64,000 nt of DNA from the human T2T-CHM13v2.0 reference genome, Homo sapiens: NCBI RefSeq assembly GCF_009914755.1, contig NC_060931.1; one strand, given 5' to 3'. Below, in pieces: positions 58,484 to 64,000 of this stretch. Position 1 is the stretch's first letter; every line of letters starts with the position of its first letter. The notes beneath the pieces are model-generated. The model saw only the letters and a program-made list of their open reading frames with translations. It did not search any database and was not told where the DNA came from. The position numbers were made by a program, and so were the translations under genes.

Positions 58484-60188
58484 ACAGGAAGGAATGTATT
58501 TTTGAGGTATTAAAACACTACTTTCCTCTGGCTTATGTAAAATGCAGGTACTTTGGGTATTATCAATAAAATACAGGCTCTAAATTTGTAAGAAAGGAAT
58601 CTCTGAGTGCCATGTGTCCCCCTAAAATATTGATTGTGAATCAAATAACATTCACTATTAAAATAGATGTAGCTAAGAATATGAACCATACAGGTAATTT
58701 ATTAAGTGCTTACTCTATGCTAGGCACTCCTTCTGCCAAGATACACATGGCATAAAATAGAAAGAACATCTTTCAAATATTCTTAAGACTGTAGTCTTGG
58801 GAAACTAAACTCTTGAGATAATTGTATGAAAAAGAGTCTAACACATCTTTAAATAGCTGCCTACCTTTCTCTAAACTAGTTAAGAAAGGGTCTAGTGAAA
58901 ACATGGGCACCACGTAATCTACCTTGTAAGATTCAGAGTGCCTGAGATAGAATTCTAAATTTCTTTGCAGAGAGAAAAAGCAAAACAAATTAAAAGATGA
59001 AGGAATACTATATCCATGTAAGTCTATGGCCAGTAAAGACACTTTTGGGTATGGATGACTCATTTTATCCTATATGAACTTCTTTTAAAGTAATCATACA
59101 AATATATACACCCAGAAAAAATGAAAATTCAATGAGAGAGGGGAGTGGGATATCTGAAAAAGCAATGAGCAAAGAAAACATTGGAATTGAGGCTAAAATA
59201 GTAACTATGTAACCTGGCTATAAAACAATGTAATAATTAAGGATCTATCACACAAAACGTATATAAAATGTAAAAATACGGTATATTCATAATATAGAAT
59301 TCTAACTATACTTAAGTTTAAAATAAAGGTGATGTGCATTGTAGAATGTTTAGTTAATAAAATACAGGTGATATATCTGAATATACTAGCTGAGATGTGT
59401 CTCTGAGATATTTTGTTAATTGGAAAATATATAATGTAATTTATAAAATAGACACCATGTATGTAAGATATTTATATATGAAAAAGAAAATACTTAGGAA
59501 CAATATATACCAAAATTTGAACAGGTTTTATCTTTGGTGGGGGTGGGATTGCAAGGAAGCAGGGGTTGATGATGAAGAACATCTTTTACATTTTATTTTA
59601 TTAATTTCCTATAATGTTTAATGTTTTAATAAGCATAAATTAATGTAAAATTTCATTATTGAAATGGCTTTTAAAAATAAAGGATATATCCTGTGGAATA
59701 GTGAGAAGTAGCTTACCAGCAGTGATTTTGGACAAGTGCTATTTGAGTTTCCATATCTCTTCAGTAAGCTGAAGACTTTGCTATTGACCTCAAAGTTAGT
59801 GAGTGTGTGCGTGTGTGCGTGTGTGTGGTTTAAATGTAATACAATGCCATATGTAAAGTGCTAATTACAATGTCAGTGATATAGTGTGCCCTTAACCAAT
59901 AGTAGTCAATATTATGCAACATATATTGAACATAGGTAACCATAAACCACTAAAATGAAGTTGTAATCATAGAGCAATGTTTGTTTGTTGGTTACTTATT
60001 CACCAGTGAGCAATGTTGCTTGAGCAATAGTTTTTTTTTTAAACATTTTTGTTTGTGTTCATACATTTGGTGAAATAAATATAAATTTTTCAAAGCAATC
60101 TTGAGATTATTTATGCTGAACAGTAATAGATCAACAGTAAAATATGCAGGTTGGTAAAAGTTAAAAGACATCTCATTTCTCATTTATA

Positions 60189-60292
60189 AAAAGAGATATA
60201 CAAATGTTTGGAGACACTTCTAGTTGAAGATTGTATATATAAAAGAGATATACAAATGTTTGGAGACACTTCTAGTTGAAGATTTTATATAT
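60189..60292. repeat. Tandem duplication 2 x 52 bp
   Basis: aaaagagatatacaaatgtttggagacacttctagttgaagatt(g/t)tatatat, 51/52 identical. Confidence 0.95.
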
Positions 60293-60433
60293 AAAGAAGT
60301 AAACATTTTGTCACGTACAGCCAGAATAGTTGAAGTGGGAGTGAAGTCGAGAAGTGGTTTATTCCCCCAAAATGGTGTCTTTCAACAATATTTTAAAAGA
60401 TAATGTATTGGCATTATGGCATTATTACTATAA

Positions 60434-60831
<398 letters not shown>

Positions 60832-62044
60832 AAAGCATGGCAACTCTTCATGTGCTCACACTTCCACCATCCAATGGTGGTTTTTTCTCTCTAGCCCCAA
60901 ACTCAGTTTCTGTCCTAGGTATGCTCCTTTGATGTTAGATCTAAGCTTGGTCTTTGTTTAATGTTGAAGAAAATGACCCTTGTCTATGCCCCTATTTGTA
61001 TATAGTCTCAAAAGAATCATATATTTAAAAATGCATACACTTATGTTAATAATCTTTATGTCTGAATGTTTCTGAAACAATGAGACACATCAAATTTGTG
61101 GAAATGGTATCATTGAACTAGAGAGCCAGCTCCTTTGGTAATGGGCATTGGCCACTTTTGACATGGAAAATTATCCTCAGGAAGTATATTTGGTGTTTTC
61201 ATTATAATATTATAGAAAATATTTATAGAAAAAGGTCCATATGCTTTGGTTTTTTGTTTGTTTGTTTGTTTTTTGGTAATCATCTTTATGCTATAGTCCT
61301 TACCACTTCTGATGATCAACTGGCTCCTCTTCTGCCTGTCCTCAAAGTGCTAACATTTTTAAAGATATTCTTAGCATACTTCTTTATTACCACACGTTTC
61401 TTGCACAATACCATCTACTCATACTACAAAATCAACATCACCATCCCTCTCATGTCTCCAGACCTTCAGATCCTTGTTCCCAGTTTCCTAGTGGATGGCA
61501 TCACCAGAATGACTTCCCACAGGCGCTTAATCTCCCAATATTTCTATGAGTTTTAATTTTATTTTCCAGCCAACTTGTTACCACTGTTTTCCTTGCAGAT
61601 GCAAGCAAGCTTTCTCAACCTTTTTTATGTTTCTATTTAGCCAAGAATCATCAAGCTTAGTTAATCCTACGTCTGAATTATCCCTTAGATCCATCATTTC
61701 TTCCTCTTTTTCTCTGCTACTGTTTTGGTTCAGGTTCACTTCTTTTTCAAATGAAATATTGCAATTAGTTATTTAATTAGTCTCCCTTCCTTCAAGGTCT
61801 CTATTAAACCACCCTTTAATATCTACTCAGCGATTCTTCTAGAGCCAGGATGACCTACTTAAAAAGAAAACAAAATGAAATGTAGTGACTCCCTATTTCC
61901 TGTAAGATTAAGTTTAAATGCCTTAGCAGCACCTTTACGATTTGGCCGTAGCCTGCCTTCTACAAGTTTTTGGCAAGCTCTTCTATTTCTCCTCTAAAGT
62001 AATGCTCCCTGGCGTTCAGCAGTAAGAAGCTATTTTCTTTTTTT

Positions 62045-62714
<670 letters not shown>

Positions 62715-63519
62715 CTGTTCTTTATTCTTGGAAGAACTCCTCTGGCCCATGCACTAGCTGTTAAAGTACCAAGCCTCTTTTATCTACCACATCTAAGGAT
62801 CATCTCTTCTGTTATACCTTCTCTACCTTTCAACTTTGACTATGATTGCTGGAATGTTACACATAGTGCTGGTTGCATCACACTGTGATGGCTTAATTGA
62901 TGCCTCCAGTAGACTGTGAACTTCTCGAGAGCCAGGACCATGTGCCATTGATGTTTGCATTTCTTTATTCCACTCAATATTCTTGTAGTCTCACTATACA
63001 GCTATTTTGTTAATAAGACAAAAGAAATTGGAGTTGTTAGTCTTGAACAGCTCTGGGGACTTTGCTAAGGAACCTTCCTGTTTTTTTCCAGATTTATATT
63101 CTCTTTTAGACATTGCCCTACTCCCTTCCTAAGTAAAAAGCAAGGACTGAGGGAATAAGAATATTTAAGACAGTGTTAATGATGATTACAGCTGAAACCT
63201 GCTTTGATTCTTTACCCACACTGAGATGTTCCAGAGAGGCTTCCTGACTGTCAGCACCACTTGAAGCCTTTCCCATTATATCACTGAAGGCAAATAATTC
63301 ATTGCATTTGGAAGCTAAGCTGTTTAATAACAAAGGATGAGCATAATTTTAGCTAACTTGAGTTCAATCACTTACTTTATTTGCCATATATTTAGGCAGT
63401 CACAGCAGCACTTTCAAAAATATATGCTTGCTTTCTTTCCTTTTCAACATTTCAATTCATGTTACATTGTTTGGAGTTCAATATATATTGATGCTATCCT
63501 TAATATAAATTTAAAAAAT

Positions 63520-63675
63520 TATTTTATTGTGGTATGAGCACTTAATGTGAGTTCTACCCTCTTAACAAATTTTTAAACTGTAAAATACAATATTGACTAT
63601 AAGTACAAATGTTGCAAAGCAGATCTCTAGAATTTATTTCAACCTGATTAACTAAAACTTTATGCTCATTTTCTC
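63520..63675 (-). mobile_element. L1MB-type 3' fragment
   Basis: ttttattgtggta...ctaccctcttaacaaattttta...cagatctctagaatttatt. Confidence 0.7.
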
Positions 63676-63869
63676 CCCATTTTCTTCTCCCCCGCTTTCC
63701 CCCACAGCATGCTTTTTTTTTTAATTGTTTGCTTTATGTTTGTGGTTATATTGAAGGGAGATTTTCTTTCAAGAATGCTTTATGCTCTTAAATCCGATTA
63801 TAAATTAATAATTTACATAAAATATTATGTAGTGAGATTCAGAGGTAAAAATATCTGGTGATGACAACA

Positions 63870-64000
63870 GCTAAGACGACTATTGAACAGTGTTCCAGGT
63901 ACTGTCCTTAGTAATTTGAATGGAGTGCCCTATTTAATCCTCACAACAGCCCTGTGAAGAAGATTGATATTATTCTTCTATTCCCTAGAAGAGAGAAACA
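63870..64000 (-). mobile_element. MIR SINE (cut by the window edge)
   Basis: tatttaatcctcacaacagccctgtgaag. Confidence 0.65.

Overview
Primate, almost certainly human, AT-rich intergenic or intronic DNA; an AluYb-lineage insertion points to human. No cellular protein-coding gene, RNA gene or CpG-island promoter is recognisable. The window is dominated by transposable elements: a full-length L1PA3-type LINE-1 (43.1-49.2 kb, minus strand; ORF1 intact, ORF2 broken by one inserted base plus a D703N change in the RT active site), an older full-length L1PA7/8-type element (49.7-56.45 kb) sitting in a Tigger3-type DNA transposon, a 5'-only old L1M (29.7-32.4 kb), a degraded LTR33/ERVL-class provirus (19.7-23.7 kb), nine Alus, and many L2, MIR and MER relics. 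I see no new multi-gene system. The best signals are retrotransposition and repair footprints read from the sequence: a 271-nt microhomology-bounded internal duplication in L1 ORF2, a 3'-truncated L1 still flanked by a TSD, a short 3' transduction, twin-primed L1 inversions, an Alu re-using another Alu's target site, a mosaic AluYb8/9 and a fold-back templated insertion in a MIR. There is also a candidate regulatory layout: a forkhead-motif cluster between convergent CTCF motifs. Subfamily names come from recalled consensus sequences, not database searches, and boundaries of old repeats are approximate.
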